A stretch of 61,161 nt of DNA, filler included, from Piptocephalis cylindrospora (Eukaryota), in NCBI GenBank assembly GCA_003614145.1. It is 14 parts of 14 records of this genome, joined end to end, with 100 filler letters (N's around TTAATTAATTAA, not from the genome) between each part and the next. Parts side by side here need not be neighbours in the genome. Positions count along the whole stretch, not along the records: positions 56,923 to 61,161 come from KZ988552.1; 13 more parts are not named here. The stretch is one strand, 5' to 3'. Every line of letters begins with the position of its first letter. Position 1 is the first letter of the stretch. Positions 61,141 to 61,161 of this stretch are shown here, in pieces. The notes under the pieces are model-generated. The model saw only the letters and a list, made by a program, of their open reading frames with translations. It was not told where the DNA came from and did no database searches. The position numbers were made by a program, and so were the translations under genes.

Positions 61141-61161
61141 ATAGATGACTGGATGACGATG

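Overview
This is not one locus. It is 14 unrelated ~4.2-4.3 kb contigs, sorted by decreasing length (4315 to 4239 bp) and joined by identical 100-bp linkers (N44-TTAATTAATTAA-N44), so neighbourhood across a linker means nothing. Thirteen contigs are nuclear DNA of a compact fungal genome with short GT-AG introns. Gene content and mitochondrial UGA=Trp suggest an early-diverging fungus, possibly Zoopagomycota (inference only). One contig (43890-48136) is mitochondrial: rnl plus the 5' part of nad5, packed with double-hairpin elements. Several chimeric joins indicate a whole-genome-amplified assembly. Recognisable genes: PRP22, a ZIP7/YKE4 zinc transporter, a Pcl cyclin, GEP4, AIM41, HTS1, a PI-PLC-like protein, AVT2-like, YAE1, a cyclophilin, BST1, ACY1 and PRP38B-like. 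Best leads: (1) an intron-containing NnrU/Z-ISO-family gene in a fungus; (2) a 4-exon protein with Ki-67-like architecture (FHA + RVxF + charged repeats); (3) a ZIP7-type transporter with five spaced Cys-Pro-[Tyr/His] motifs; (4) a tandem pair of unrecognised secreted coiled-coil paralogs; (5) a covarying mitochondrial double-hairpin family and an array of abutting mini-hairpins. All family calls come from motifs read by eye; no searches were run.
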